Source of the DNA: a virus
Lineage: Duplodnaviria; Caudoviricetes
Length of the DNA stretch: 53,602 bases
IMG/VR virus record: IMGVR_UViG_3300020044_005702
Location: 1 to 53,602 of that record
Direction: 5' to 3' (one strand)
Translations under genes and position numbers: made by a program
Part shown: positions 46,301-52,996 of the stretch, piece after piece
Layout: each line of letters starts with the position of its first letter
Numbering within the stretch: position 1 is the first letter of the stretch
Notes under the pieces: model-generated
Database searches by the model: none
What the model was told of the DNA's origin: nothing
The model's input: the letters and a program-made list of their open reading frames with translations, nothing else

Positions 46301-47855
46301 ACGTGATCAAATGAAACGTGATTACGCAACATTTGTAAACGTAGCTACTGGTAGTCCAAGTGGTCAGAACCTATTAATGAGTGACGCTCAACGTGCTTTC
46401 TCTATGCATGCACGTACGATGTTTACATCCCCTAACTGGTTTAATTCCTTGATGATGCAGACATATCTTCCTTCTATGGCAAAGATGTATGTAGCAGAAG
46501 GCGTTAATGTTATTGCGCGAAAGGCTACTGAAAAGTTAGACCCATATGGTGTTGGCTGGGATGTGATTGATGTACGACCTGACCAGAAATGGTTTAACAC
46601 CATGAGAACAGGTGAGGTTCGATTCCAACACGCACAGACATTCATGGGTGCGCTTGGATCGTCATATGCTATGGCATTAGCGTTTCAGGCATTGGGATTG
46701 TATATGGCTCGTAGACAAGAACATGAAGTGCTATCTGGTGAGTACATTGATTTCTTTGATATTAAGAAAATTAACTCTCCTATTGTCGGTGCTAATGGTG
46801 AACGTCTTGATGACAAGTTAGGACTGGTAAACACGCAATGGTACAACCCATTTAGTCCTGAGTTTGGTGTGGTTCGTGCTGCTAATACATTGACATATCA
46901 GATGCCACAGATGATGACTTTGTATCAGCGAATGTTCATGCGTCCAATTATGAGTGCTGCTAATGAGCCATCGTTAAGCACACCAGAAGCTATACAAAAG
47001 TATATGCATGAATTGTTTAAGGCTAACATTGAGGGACGACTCGGACCATTAGTTCAAGGAGCAAAAATGCTCACTACTGGGCGCACCTTTAATGATGAGC
47101 CAGCTTTCCAAAAACATCCGGGCTTCCGATATTACGACATGTTAATGGACAGGCTAGATGATACTGAAGCTAAATTAAAAGCTGCTCGCGAATCCGGTAA
47201 TCAAGCCGAAATAAAATTTTATGAAAATAAGTACAAGAAGCTATCTCCTGTTAAAAGAACTCCTTTGTACTTGTTGGATAAAACATATAAGCTGCGCAGT
47301 TTGTTTCCAGATGGTGCATCTAGATTTTCTGTTGCAATGTTTGGTAACTTGCAGATTCAGTCTGAATTAAAAGACCTAGAGGAAATGTATTTCCAAGAAC
47401 ACAATCTACGCAATGGTCAGTTGAGAGATGGTGACCCAGACCTGTTTGCCATGCAGTTCCCTGCATTCAGTCGGTTCTTTGGAGTAGAAGGAAAGTTTGC
47501 AGATTACTACCTGAAAGATGAGATGACAAAAGCTGACACAGCCGACATGACAACCAGTCAGTTTAACTATCTAACACGCAAGTACAAGTGGGATTACCCT
47601 AATGCTAAGCAGATGGTTGATCAGTTTGGATTTGCGTCATTGTTTGGTGGAATACCGGGAAGTGGTGGATATCCTGATAAAGAGGGTGTTAGCCTTGGTC
47701 CTATCGGTGGTGATGTATTTGTTGGAGCACCTGATCCAAGAGTCATGGAATTAAGCAAGCGTAATAACGAATACATTCCTCAGATTATAAAACGGCAACC
47801 ACAGGAAAAAGTACCAGTGCTTAGTGATCCGTTAGTTGGAAGAATGGTGAAGTAA
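34311..47855 (+). CDS. Giant internal virion/ejection protein, 4514 aa, with zincin-like metallopeptidase motif (polyvalent-protein-like)
   Basis: Single 13.5-kb ORF after two ejection-type genes; TLVHEVFH (41877-41891) with downstream HEKF; SH3/KOW-like LKVGDRVEF segment; C-terminal hydrophobic helices. Confidence 0.75.
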   Translation: MPDTRSSLWALARRTGGTSFYEADKQYPDKDAAQKRARLLANYHPESPMYRLMRERFEIDDQKSRKALGYVPPYDPDVTARELQQMQKKSAEYRTRVIQPIVTKLRSENYVDALRDGSEQRVEEGYKAGYIDKKTRDNLVNEFSTRLRDLNKVRVLDSTGNYVPGEQLRIGRTLAESPQMAKAQRVDVRSQLQEELSAERSKQGRTVAPEMQAFNRTMGTVAGSVAGVLGYPITKTRQAFESGLRTLGVNVPEEETPDQYFARKEEEGVDPSAFKTGFYGTQAGVTQAVAKPAVIGGNIGSEKLAPILGQTPEEAKAAYDNLGINQWYSSLTGDPENLEYQIARMTALNLTEAVPSAGANLVGMQLVGNSLAKALLPAVKSSTALNFVRGGGMMLPSITQGVAAGFGNQTLSEYSDPIGSLNKYYLPEGEDDVEKYINSQEGMAGQRTATTLAMFGGGAPSFYKDAGKLFKISRDLGKLGIFGRVSKVNQASVEGRNMLNEYMQLQSSVIPDAAFGLTYVFDPVLRFAGSKWNPKVEAPTFEEWLTTGLLGAVAVRPHKSVQGFISNRLGESVDIAGQARFAAMDAMDRGSYHTSVVESRYEKLRGGTAANTQDLQRVTSYVYDVAIDEHRKQSQADAQAYKSVDQIFYEIMNGKSDQSIAVDQMVRQMRARGDNSSLPVDSPLRNLQVNRGLYPVDPKARKQAIKILAKQLEPTIAFEMEMQRKGYGLNDIEGPDATPERKYYAVYRGEVDGQPEYVVFNRFFSDATIHRGEAGLEDVQVISAVDQASLRNRGRTETLAKVMREMKQEFNAAAREWKKDGVSRNFAGIRTDGTIVIKEVRREGAAQAGKVTYSQVSLDDLQKELSGMPGKQGIINVLNEIYRRTGLRRDVATKRPVIDIGQSEAFPERIAFDSDTEINARMIDTIGIQTPIGVFQLPDGGVVLGGIPEGASRKNVLSETELSATPELKTKTVLSQAQDVVKNRGGYIDADIHELGSDARVEIPADMIGMIDEILQNEDMPDNVKAETIVGALVDTLAGNRITGDKAGRVDPQTKQFVFDVDLKVGDRVEFATDEASPYEISEGIVVKSGNGLATVKLINDPEGSAYTMSADKFLLSDKSISEQALQDRASAFADRGMSGFDRPVEKTMADEEAIGRLLTYTETVAYRDKIAGAKTEEDLLNAVRSAVFESRATVAGVKSGLLDWSLRNSVEGVFDVLSQLGTEATAPGKEVDIVKFRKLTEIVADEQFNEMLYGVHAINSSIASITGTRFATGDQKISTTQKKSQSLQLARRMNILMMRAVHLSDADLLKAASKSLGITLEGKMAERVMRLAGDLRGVAPMAFYYVQDMWHASRLSGLNFAAQATIGRAISAVNDSNIVSQVKNDTILSDVSDQLLNFWKSEAKYEDAVKAVRGLLNSPRRVTIEGQTETYAMRDVLYSRLRNAGLEFLFHAAVDETSNVIRRGLRTNRNEAARWQHDAMRYMYDSYLPQIVVDQINSKISSGDFMSDRNGRTEQTNNISFAPELLALHSQLIDSIRGNRSLTPEQRQEAEKKINDVVEELSGLSEVELNNLKNYDTDFPRDTRLNGDVVVGGKTVAKNQKANLRALSAEVQYDMSTAERAKEEGMSVSQIEATKHADLLAVFKNQAKTIFGYKNNLYAVKASFDNDPTVRDLTNRIDRLNAEKPTGYEEKRRELYRQKDARVSELINNEFGMLIGTLRAVKTLIGTKPYVESADEQLLDVSASAGMGVSVSDVTTRNTTLGDAIDEVLDDVTAFTRMLVSTGDATSTVSSDVAVGESTRATSPIDFESQESIDEREALVKQTLNDPKSTPEEKAIAQQLLADFKRGSNTFGTDLTITTAINNLEASFAKLGKQIDTLKPQDVPVDAMIGIYQVYTSLSRNNIRQTGAVANQLATTLAARNIMTVQQLRNQRIRDIATDAMSNVSMTDVVELQSGSLTPEMFAERNNINLSVAREIASIDALNPRIETEPVIVTDEDMAFIDPAQVDADVKAFVSDSPQIVKEAIESPDSFGGLITFKGDGEQKLVAYTAQNRAGMRVLLRAVLRKKYGTEQANAVVDSLMGRRSLVERGLSETYVDPAYMFDKLQAVGGKFDNLEVTNDVMRYLNVSRAVLKAKIEREVRDLEKSKTKGSEIKIFQYRNVLSALDSAPVVEMSLGQTAGDYFRTVAAHVDNALEDVGVSKADRTILAKGVLNDLSPDTNSKAIPSPLNDNVGRIPDITIERDLAFTARRMLASMVANGVRIRPINSTETIVFNNIEDIDATHNAVRLSMIPIDSSSVRPEVAKRMADIYTEMIETQFGLFKDNNVVKNLINVRDAYLKLADASDDTFVKRAENFESAEYEAIMSLADNLADIYDMNANQYARKVLDVRLRTNDQAYKQELAEPLRVMNVPEAVIQKLLSPETSASSFFNSDVSPAQKNYAMAYMTAKYKKEYYTKHNKIFITNQEMLEEVSAESKAFTTDKRDVYGFAQTLTSNRAEALGTLLFIGSPENGKYRTALTLVHEVFHPLFTGMDDATQIDFLKKLSVSNTLMTEAMDEVINLTKRNAQLGSFRDAVKASQEGIQKILDARPNAELALALQVKVANDGAKAGLTIAESLDALRGIKFNGEDLGEGWIAHGHEKFVTSMLNFITDYTIPMSKNAAASIDMSTLEVFQQMRGTLRHIMRRMRVRRPMDMIFDSEGTPHNAWYMRPPVQRYTFGRLQKGSAKLWDQANYETPTFRRTQDFAQLQKGSYLRLRVPNKSFTKSAITSPEVMLMTSLDSLAITTSTNPYGVSRFRFGFNHQGVINDQVGNTMLPFENGTVRYELLRNPSLAQSIKIFPDNGRDTEVVSSDTKPSREFMGEVVDMILRTNLTTFEQAENAGFKPVYFDGNFVWVSGETDSEGYFNPRTRANTLNPRVRNYITAGQHEYAYIVNADVRVQFPYTSESDRKREFKSKFQFIVGQDAVEPAGHDEYDPMVVGYSQFDPKFSALIYDTYRKVSDVVYQTVGNVRWKDQVALEARLMNANADSFTFRTQQDLNTALENYFNSTEFKAIKASRTSMQPLIIDGANRFESLLHDVISKMYATSIDGMPVITEPGEQLLQRLDDVINQQLSEYIVDQGLFRHNVDETLQTSSFTIEPGSRELEAVAKAMQTMTGNTMDIDILKEKLRNVYVTLNTRADIRVEPNTRITSAFAANGIPEVVTLSDGTEYHVRDVMHKLLRNERLTLRQKDIVDVETSFENFWRNSIVDPENGLFSGQLKAPYNLLSAKPTTAMYVLDTLLTNTYGNSVENKQRFLERLTSDLNPESFGDIENDTTARLRYREAVQAKNNAVGEYLAVAHALDAQSREMGRALYAWKDWSLLDGQESFLPGDGVVIRSPEGAMFRVNLNNPEQFVQSVSRQVGTGELTDTTPFSRIIALYNPDTRANLIAKPNSKMSMSKQDLNLSPFEADALNTDGTVDVIRPFGISNTHFDEEGNPVRPQLRMYRLTSTGKDMSGNATVSADIYQQIEAVELAHPYKSNFVTEDGNLVNNQRLLQQPINDLLRRAYLTNPDTDYKKKKAIANKMIVPREVHIAKLLIARALLEGKDTVPDSWRDKNAVTAAKARLLLDQDHEASVEDAKRNPQVFHNRSRTWMSEGMEANDEPIEQMSDEEFSYLRMPFELTPEQAKDPELRQRYNEVQSRIALDRALATSNPKNVIIKRETNPRALNVAVTQSDGNMFIAIPDKDYAYATRTLFSATGPVGSPTPAANIGNVPAGGILKIPFGNSPFTKRGGSLLMALYHESSSIFKSMILSSDFARPMLQNFRLANISNPKTFAAQFWGLSAVLPNLPSGPITGRPQGAGAKLANFVLGHRPELAFGEKQYHAKMANYLTKYGMRDNVIGYGIPGLHRRRLQRTYTWTDISDYGLKLTYNDWMNAYDAAVAVDPNVSPFDIPIQPTQAENIGEGALARRILPMVNAWERAGSLSTDIVRLKSFLEFAAFVDNHPTVTEEYQRDQMKRDYATFVNVATGSPSGQNLLMSDAQRAFSMHARTMFTSPNWFNSLMMQTYLPSMAKMYVAEGVNVIARKATEKLDPYGVGWDVIDVRPDQKWFNTMRTGEVRFQHAQTFMGALGSSYAMALAFQALGLYMARRQEHEVLSGEYIDFFDIKKINSPIVGANGERLDDKLGLVNTQWYNPFSPEFGVVRAANTLTYQMPQMMTLYQRMFMRPIMSAANEPSLSTPEAIQKYMHELFKANIEGRLGPLVQGAKMLTTGRTFNDEPAFQKHPGFRYYDMLMDRLDDTEAKLKAARESGNQAEIKFYENKYKKLSPVKRTPLYLLDKTYKLRSLFPDGASRFSVAMFGNLQIQSELKDLEEMYFQEHNLRNGQLRDGDPDLFAMQFPAFSRFFGVEGKFADYYLKDEMTKADTADMTTSQFNYLTRKYKWDYPNAKQMVDQFGFASLFGGIPGSGGYPDKEGVSLGPIGGDVFVGAPDPRVMELSKRNNEYIPQIIKRQPQEKVPVLSDPLVGRMVK

Positions 47856-47856
47856 T

Positions 47857-48645
47857 ATGGAATCCCGTACATCGTTTGTAAATATTGCTCAGAAATACAT
47901 TGGCGTTACGGAGCAACCCATGGGTAGTAACTGTGGTCCACTCATAGATAGATGGAATACATTGGTTAACGCTCCTATTGGTAGCTATTGGTGCGCATCA
48001 TTTGTAAGTGGAGTTGCATCTGAATGGGAAAGCAAGAGTGGTATGGATTGGCCATTGTGTTTTAGTGCAGACTGCGATGTCTGGCTTGCTGTGGCTAAGA
48101 AGCATGGCGTACTGCATCGTGCTCCCATGAGTGGAGATCTAGTATTGCTTGTTAAGACGTCAAAGAATGGAAGACAGGATGCATTCCATATTGGTGTTGT
48201 CGAGGGACAAGACGAAAATGGAGTTTGGTATTCTATTGAGGGGAACAGTAATAACGACGGAAGCCGTAACGGATATGAGGTAGCTCATCGACCTCTATAC
48301 AGGAACCGCAGTAAAGATGCACTGTATTTTGTTCGACCGTGGTCATTGTTACAAAGTGGCCAAGATTGGAAGATTGTATATGGTGACAAACACATTCTTG
48401 CGTTGGTGCAAAATGGTAGAACCTATGCGCCTGTCAGGGATTTTGTTCGGCTTGTCCTTGGGGATGATTCTTTATTGGCTTGGGAAGATGGGCCAGTCCT
48501 TAACGGTGAAGCACTGGCCGTTCAATGTATTCTACGAGATGGCAAATCGTATGCATCTATCAGAGATATTGCCCGTAGTCTTAATTTTGACTGCGTCGTC
48601 AATAATGACCACAAGAAAGTCTACTTAAAGAAACAAGTCGTCTGA
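47857..48645 (+). CDS. Endolysin: CHAP domain plus two copper-amine-oxidase-N-terminal-like repeats
   Basis: YWCASFV, HIGVV and SIEGNS CHAP motifs; NGRTYAPVRDF and DGKSYASIRDI repeats. Confidence 0.85.
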   Translation: MESRTSFVNIAQKYIGVTEQPMGSNCGPLIDRWNTLVNAPIGSYWCASFVSGVASEWESKSGMDWPLCFSADCDVWLAVAKKHGVLHRAPMSGDLVLLVKTSKNGRQDAFHIGVVEGQDENGVWYSIEGNSNNDGSRNGYEVAHRPLYRNRSKDALYFVRPWSLLQSGQDWKIVYGDKHILALVQNGRTYAPVRDFVRLVLGDDSLLAWEDGPVLNGEALAVQCILRDGKSYASIRDIARSLNFDCVVNNDHKKVYLKKQVV

Positions 48646-50001
48646 TGTAAAGTCAGTGAAACGGGCGTACTTACTCTCAAAATTGAGTAATGATACGCCT
48701 GTTCTGCCATTACGGTTCTTGGCCGTTATGATTTCTGCTTTATCAATATCATCCATGTGATCATCTAACTGCTTCTTCTCGTAGTATCCAGCCCTGTAAA
48801 TAAACTGAATCACGTCTGCATCTGATTCAATATCACCCGACTCACGTAAGTCTGACATCATTGGTCGCTTGTCTTGCCGTTGCTCCACTGCACGAGACAA
48901 TGATGATAGCGCTATAACAGGGCAGTTGAACTCACGAGCAATGTCTTTCAGTCCACGACTAATCACACCAATATCCCTAGTCCTATTCTCGGACTTGACA
49001 TTTGCTGGCATCGTTATCATCTGTAGGTAATCAACTACAATCAACCCAACCTCAGCAGCCTTCTTCATGCTGTTGGCTGCTTCCCTAATTGATTGCAGTG
49101 TAACTGTTTGATCAGCAACCACTTGTATTGTTAGGCTCTTGGCTGTTCGAGCGATAACTGAAAGACTATCTTTATCGTAGCTAGATAGCTTCTTTGACTG
49201 TATGGATTGGCTATCTACTCCACTGTATATGCTAAGCATTCTAGCGGTAACCATAGCCTTAGACATTTCTGCGCTAACTATTAGAACCCCGGTACGCTTC
49301 TCTTCCTTGCGTAATGCAAGAGCTGCATTCCATGCATACTGTAGACCGAGACTTGACTTACCCATCGACGGACGACCACCAACGATGATTAACTCACCGT
49401 CACGCCATCCACCAGTAATACTGTCAACCTCCATGAATCCGCTAGAGACACTATAGTCTATTGCGTCTTCAGTGCGATGGATAGCTTCTGTTGTAATGTC
49501 AGAAATTAATACAGATAAATCGTCCACAGCCTTTCCGGATTGAATGAATGTAACAGATTTATTTAAATCGGCGATTATATTTTCAGTAGCATCATCACCA
49601 GTAGATGCTCGCTTACTTGCATGTTCTGATGCAAATATAATCTCGCGCCTCTTGTGGTATTCCCACACAAGGTCGGCATAACTATTACAGTGACCTGTAG
49701 TTGGTAGAAGTTCTGCACACTGCATGAGATATGCAAGTCCACCACATGCCTCTAACGCATTACGCTTTACTAATTCCTCATTGATCGTGACAATGTCTAT
49801 CTCTTTGTTAGCATCGTCTACAGCTTTGTATGCATCCCATATCAAACTGTGGGCAACACGATAGAACATAGACTTTTCAATGCGTTGCATTGACTTGAAT
49901 AGTTTATTACCACCGAGAAGAATAGATGCTATGAGTGATTGCTCACTCATAACATCGTATGGAATCTCTATGTTGAAACCAAGACTCTTACTATTGCTCA
50001 T
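48625..50001 (-). CDS. dnaB: Replicative DNA helicase
   Basis: GGRPSMGKS, SAEMS, IVVDYLQ, DLRESGDIESDAD, AKNRNG. Confidence 0.97.
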   Translation of the reverse strand: MSNSKSLGFNIEIPYDVMSEQSLIASILLGGNKLFKSMQRIEKSMFYRVAHSLIWDAYKAVDDANKEIDIVTINEELVKRNALEACGGLAYLMQCAELLPTTGHCNSYADLVWEYHKRREIIFASEHASKRASTGDDATENIIADLNKSVTFIQSGKAVDDLSVLISDITTEAIHRTEDAIDYSVSSGFMEVDSITGGWRDGELIIVGGRPSMGKSSLGLQYAWNAALALRKEEKRTGVLIVSAEMSKAMVTARMLSIYSGVDSQSIQSKKLSSYDKDSLSVIARTAKSLTIQVVADQTVTLQSIREAANSMKKAAEVGLIVVDYLQMITMPANVKSENRTRDIGVISRGLKDIAREFNCPVIALSSLSRAVEQRQDKRPMMSDLRESGDIESDADVIQFIYRAGYYEKKQLDDHMDDIDKAEIITAKNRNGRTGVSLLNFESKYARFTDFTSDDLFL

Positions 50002-50416
50002 TAATATAATCCGTTAATCTGACCAATAACACTTCACTAATAACATCGGCAAGTTGTTGCCCTTTAAGTGGTGGCTCTACTCGCCATGCACGTAAACCAC
50101 CAGTCTTGCGTAACACTAGCACAACAGTAGGATGTAACTTGTTTGGATCAAGTCCAAGCCGTATCGCTTCCGATATGTCTTGAGTAACCATGTGTGGTTG
50201 GGCATCGCCGTACTTTGCTATTGCTACGTTTAGTAACACCTCAGATGGTGTAGGGCGAAACTTTGTGCGTGTAAGAATGCGTTGCATGCCCAGCTTGATA
50301 TCCTCATCTGGTAATCCTTTGACTGCAACCCTGTACACTGTGTCGCTCGTCTCTGTCCATGGTATTGAGCTAGGTAGTTGTGAAAGAATCGCCAGCAATT
50401 TATCAGTCGTTGTCAT
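49991..50416 (-). CDS. Putative helicase loader/inhibitor
   Basis: Between the initiator and dnaB; KFRPTPSEV resembles the FxPxxxE motif of phage loader families. Confidence 0.55.
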   Translation of the reverse strand: MTTTDKLLAILSQLPSSIPWTETSDTVYRVAVKGLPDEDIKLGMQRILTRTKFRPTPSEVLLNVAIAKYGDAQPHMVTQDISEAIRLGLDPNKLHPTVVLVLRKTGGLRAWRVEPPLKGQQLADVISEVLLVRLTDYINEQ

Positions 50417-51110
50417 TGAACCAATCCTCTATCTTTGCAGTTTTTGTGACTTTGCCATACGTCGATGAAGCATACGTATCCCAATGCTTCCATAGTGATC
50501 TAACTGTAATCATCTCTAATTGCCATTTGCTTTTGAGCGTCTTGACTTTGTCGATGACATCACTTGGCTTTACTCCAGCCTTATGCATTTGCCAGATGAT
50601 TAACCTATTGTTTTTCCAATCTTTATCGGTAATGTTGTCACTTGAGAATGGACCCCACCTTTCAATCATGAATGCTTGCATAAGAGGGAATGCAGGGTCA
50701 TCTTCTTTAGCAACCTCCTTCTGTACTTGCTTTACCGCTTGCACCTTTACGTTGTCCGAATGCTGTACAGAATCTGGAAACAACTTGTATCCATTGCTTG
50801 TTGTTCTCCCATTAGGAGAAGTTCTGCCATTGATTTCCAGCAAGCGACAGTCATTAATTTTCATTGATGACAGATGATGTAGTGCAGTCTTCACTGTTGT
50901 CTCTGACAAGCCTGTGCATTCACACAAACGTTTGATGCTAGGCCAGCAGTATCCCTCATTGTCAACATGCATAACTAAAGCCATGAATGTGACAAATCCA
51001 GATGGTGTAAAGCTCGCAATATGATTGACGAGAAGTCTGTCAATCTGAACAAAACCAGACGACGATGCACCGGACAAGCCGAAAGACTTGCCGTTAAATA
51101 CAGTAATCAT
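50403..51110 (-). CDS. Replication initiator with N-terminal winged HTH
   Basis: GYCWPSIKRLCECTGLSETTVKTALHHL...TSNGY pattern; upstream of loader and dnaB. Confidence 0.8.
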   Translation of the reverse strand: MITVFNGKSFGLSGASSSGFVQIDRLLVNHIASFTPSGFVTFMALVMHVDNEGYCWPSIKRLCECTGLSETTVKTALHHLSSMKINDCRLLEINGRTSPNGRTTSNGYKLFPDSVQHSDNVKVQAVKQVQKEVAKEDDPAFPLMQAFMIERWGPFSSDNITDKDWKNNRLIIWQMHKAGVKPSDVIDKVKTLKSKWQLEMITVRSLWKHWDTYASSTYGKVTKTAKIEDWFNDND

Positions 51111-51119
51111 TGAAAATCC

Positions 51120-51737
51120 TTATTGGTTATATGGACATTGATCGCAGTACCTTACTCGTTGAACGTCATCATCTTCAGATAACTTAGTAAGACCTGCGTC
51201 GTATATTTCTTGTAGTGGTATTGGTGTAGTACTAATCAAGGACAGTGCCTTATTGACATCATCAACTGACCAGCCTGATGGTATTTCTATTGTTTTAAGT
51301 GGTTTCTTTTCTTCTTCTTTCTCGCCTTTCAACTCACGTTCAAACTCTGTTACAGATATCCCACGAGTTTTTGCAGACTCTAGGATTTGTTTCTGTTGTT
51401 CCGTGCCCATATTTGCGACCAAGCGATGGTGAGTCCAGCTAAGACCTGCAACACGGTTACTAATAGGAACATGATTAGAAACCCAACTCCAGTTAGCAAG
51501 GCTCTGATAAGCGCAACCAGTAGCATCCATAGCCTGTGCATACTTTTCACCATAACGTTTTTGTCCGTAGTTAAGTGCGTCTCCAATTGCAAACTGAAAC
51601 GCTGTAGTTAATTGTTGTAATGTAGCCATCAGCCGTAACCACTGGTCATATTCAATGTCGTGATTAAACTGTAAACCTACGTCTGTAACACTTACTGCAT
51701 CTGGGATACTGCCTATGTAAACTAATTCGTCACTCAT
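51120..51737 (-). CDS. LmbU-like DNA-binding protein
   Basis: FAIGDALNYG..YGEKY..YQSLANWSWVS..R..LSWTHHRLVA parallels the LmbU family pattern WLGDWL.YG..Y..YQTLRNYAWV..R..L.F.HH.EVA. Confidence 0.7.
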   Translation of the reverse strand: MSDELVYIGSIPDAVSVTDVGLQFNHDIEYDQWLRLMATLQQLTTAFQFAIGDALNYGQKRYGEKYAQAMDATGCAYQSLANWSWVSNHVPISNRVAGLSWTHHRLVANMGTEQQKQILESAKTRGISVTEFERELKGEKEEEKKPLKTIEIPSGWSVDDVNKALSLISTTPIPLQEIYDAGLTKLSEDDDVQRVRYCDQCPYNQ

Positions 51738-51760
51738 TCTCTTTCTTTCTTTGGGACAAA

Positions 51761-51832
51761 AGGACCACGGTGTTGATGCCGTGGTCCTCCATTTGGTAGT
51801 TGTTTTCCCCTGTGTTGATATGGTTTCAGGGG
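51761..51832 (-). promoter_or_regulatory. Two intergenic hairpins with a shared loop motif; one is terminator-like
   Basis: AGGACCACGG/CCGTGGTCCT (51761-51788, short T tail on minus) and CCCCTG/CAGGGG (51807-51832); GTGTTGAT at 51770 and 51812. Confidence 0.55.
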
Positions 51833-51842
51833 CAATGCAATC

Positions 51843-52406
51843 TTACTCCTCTGTGTCTGTGGCTGTCAATGCTTTGATAGATACATTTTCTGTGGCTTCT
51901 GTCACAGAGAAAATATCTGGGTATTGTTCTACAAGTGTAAGTTGCACCTCTTTCGGTATCTTACTTTTGTAGACTTTGTATTGAAGCTGCACAGCATCAG
52001 TAGAGACAGGAATGACCAATGCTGCCTTTTCTTCATCGTGAATCGTAAACGTTGGTTGTGTGTTGCGAAATGCAACTTGACCCCATGGACACTTCCATGT
52101 CTTCGCCTTGCCGACAAGTTGTCTCTTGGCAAAGTCAGCAATCTGTGCACCGTATCGTGCTTGCAACCATTGAACTTTACGTTCTCTGTCCTTAACCATC
52201 TGCTTACAACGATCAATGACAGACTGCATAGCAAGTTGTTCAGCTTTTAATTCTGTCTCATATTTTAGTAAACGCTGCATTGCTAAAAGAACGTCATCTT
52301 CTGTTTTAAGTTCGTCGCCTAACCAGCCATCAATAGGGCCAGCATATTCGCCAGTTTCTTTGTCCCAGTAACTATCACCGATAATGTCAAACTTATTTGT
52401 GTCCAT
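51843..52406 (-). CDS. Host-nuclease inhibitor, Mu Gam-like
   Basis: Coiled coil followed by KAKTWKCPWGQVAFR; adjacent to a recombinase gene. Confidence 0.7.
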   Translation of the reverse strand: MDTNKFDIIGDSYWDKETGEYAGPIDGWLGDELKTEDDVLLAMQRLLKYETELKAEQLAMQSVIDRCKQMVKDRERKVQWLQARYGAQIADFAKRQLVGKAKTWKCPWGQVAFRNTQPTFTIHDEEKAALVIPVSTDAVQLQYKVYKSKIPKEVQLTLVEQYPDIFSVTEATENVSIKALTATDTEE

Positions 52407-52996
52407 TAGTTATTCTCTTCCTCTGATAAAAAGACTGCTTCTGCTTCTTCTGGTGTGTTGAATCCCTGTAGTACTTCAATAACAAGTCGTAGGTTTTCAT
52501 CCGTTGTATTGGCATGCCCAGCAAGACGTGCAAATACACGCTTCATATCTGATGGTGTAATATCTGCACCCCATATGCGCTTGCACTCAAAAGCAAACTG
52601 CTTGCCCGGTGTGAAAGTAGGAGCCTTTACTTGTTGTGGTGTATCCACAATGCGCATATCACCAGCTGGTGTAATAGGTTCCTCTAACTCTTGAGCAAAC
52701 AATGTGCCATACCCACACAGAGCTAGTGCTCGCCCAATGGCGCCTGTCTCTGCCTTTTCACGGTAATCAGCAAAGTGCTTTTCGTGTTCTGTCTTGTGAG
52801 CTTTAGCTATAAGCCTGCCTGATGAATCAAGAATTTCAGCAGCAAAAGTACAGTAGTCAGCGCCCGAAAGTTCGGGCACTGCATATGTTTTAATTGTCCA
52901 GTCTGGATGGTCCTCACGGAACCATGCAATACGAGCAGCGACAGGTAAGTATTGCTTACCTTTTAAATTTAAAAAGTGATCACGTGGGTTAAACAT
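52406..52996 (-). CDS. Sak/Rad52-like single-strand annealing protein
   Basis: KGKQYLPVAARIAWFR and EKAETGAIGRALALCGYG motifs. Confidence 0.7.
   Translation of the reverse strand: MFNPRDHFLNLKGKQYLPVAARIAWFREDHPDWTIKTYAVPELSGADYCTFAAEILDSSGRLIAKAHKTEHEKHFADYREKAETGAIGRALALCGYGTLFAQELEEPITPAGDMRIVDTPQQVKAPTFTPGKQFAFECKRIWGADITPSDMKRVFARLAGHANTTDENLRLVIEVLQGFNTPEEAEAVFLSEEENN

Noticed and set aside
34311-47855. Virion RNA polymerase or DarB call for the giant protein
   Set aside because: No polymerase, methyltransferase or helicase motifs seen by eye; not supportable without a structure search.
50403-51110. Iteron-type origin inside the initiator gene
   Set aside because: Expected by analogy with lambdoid phages, but no convincing repeat array is visible.
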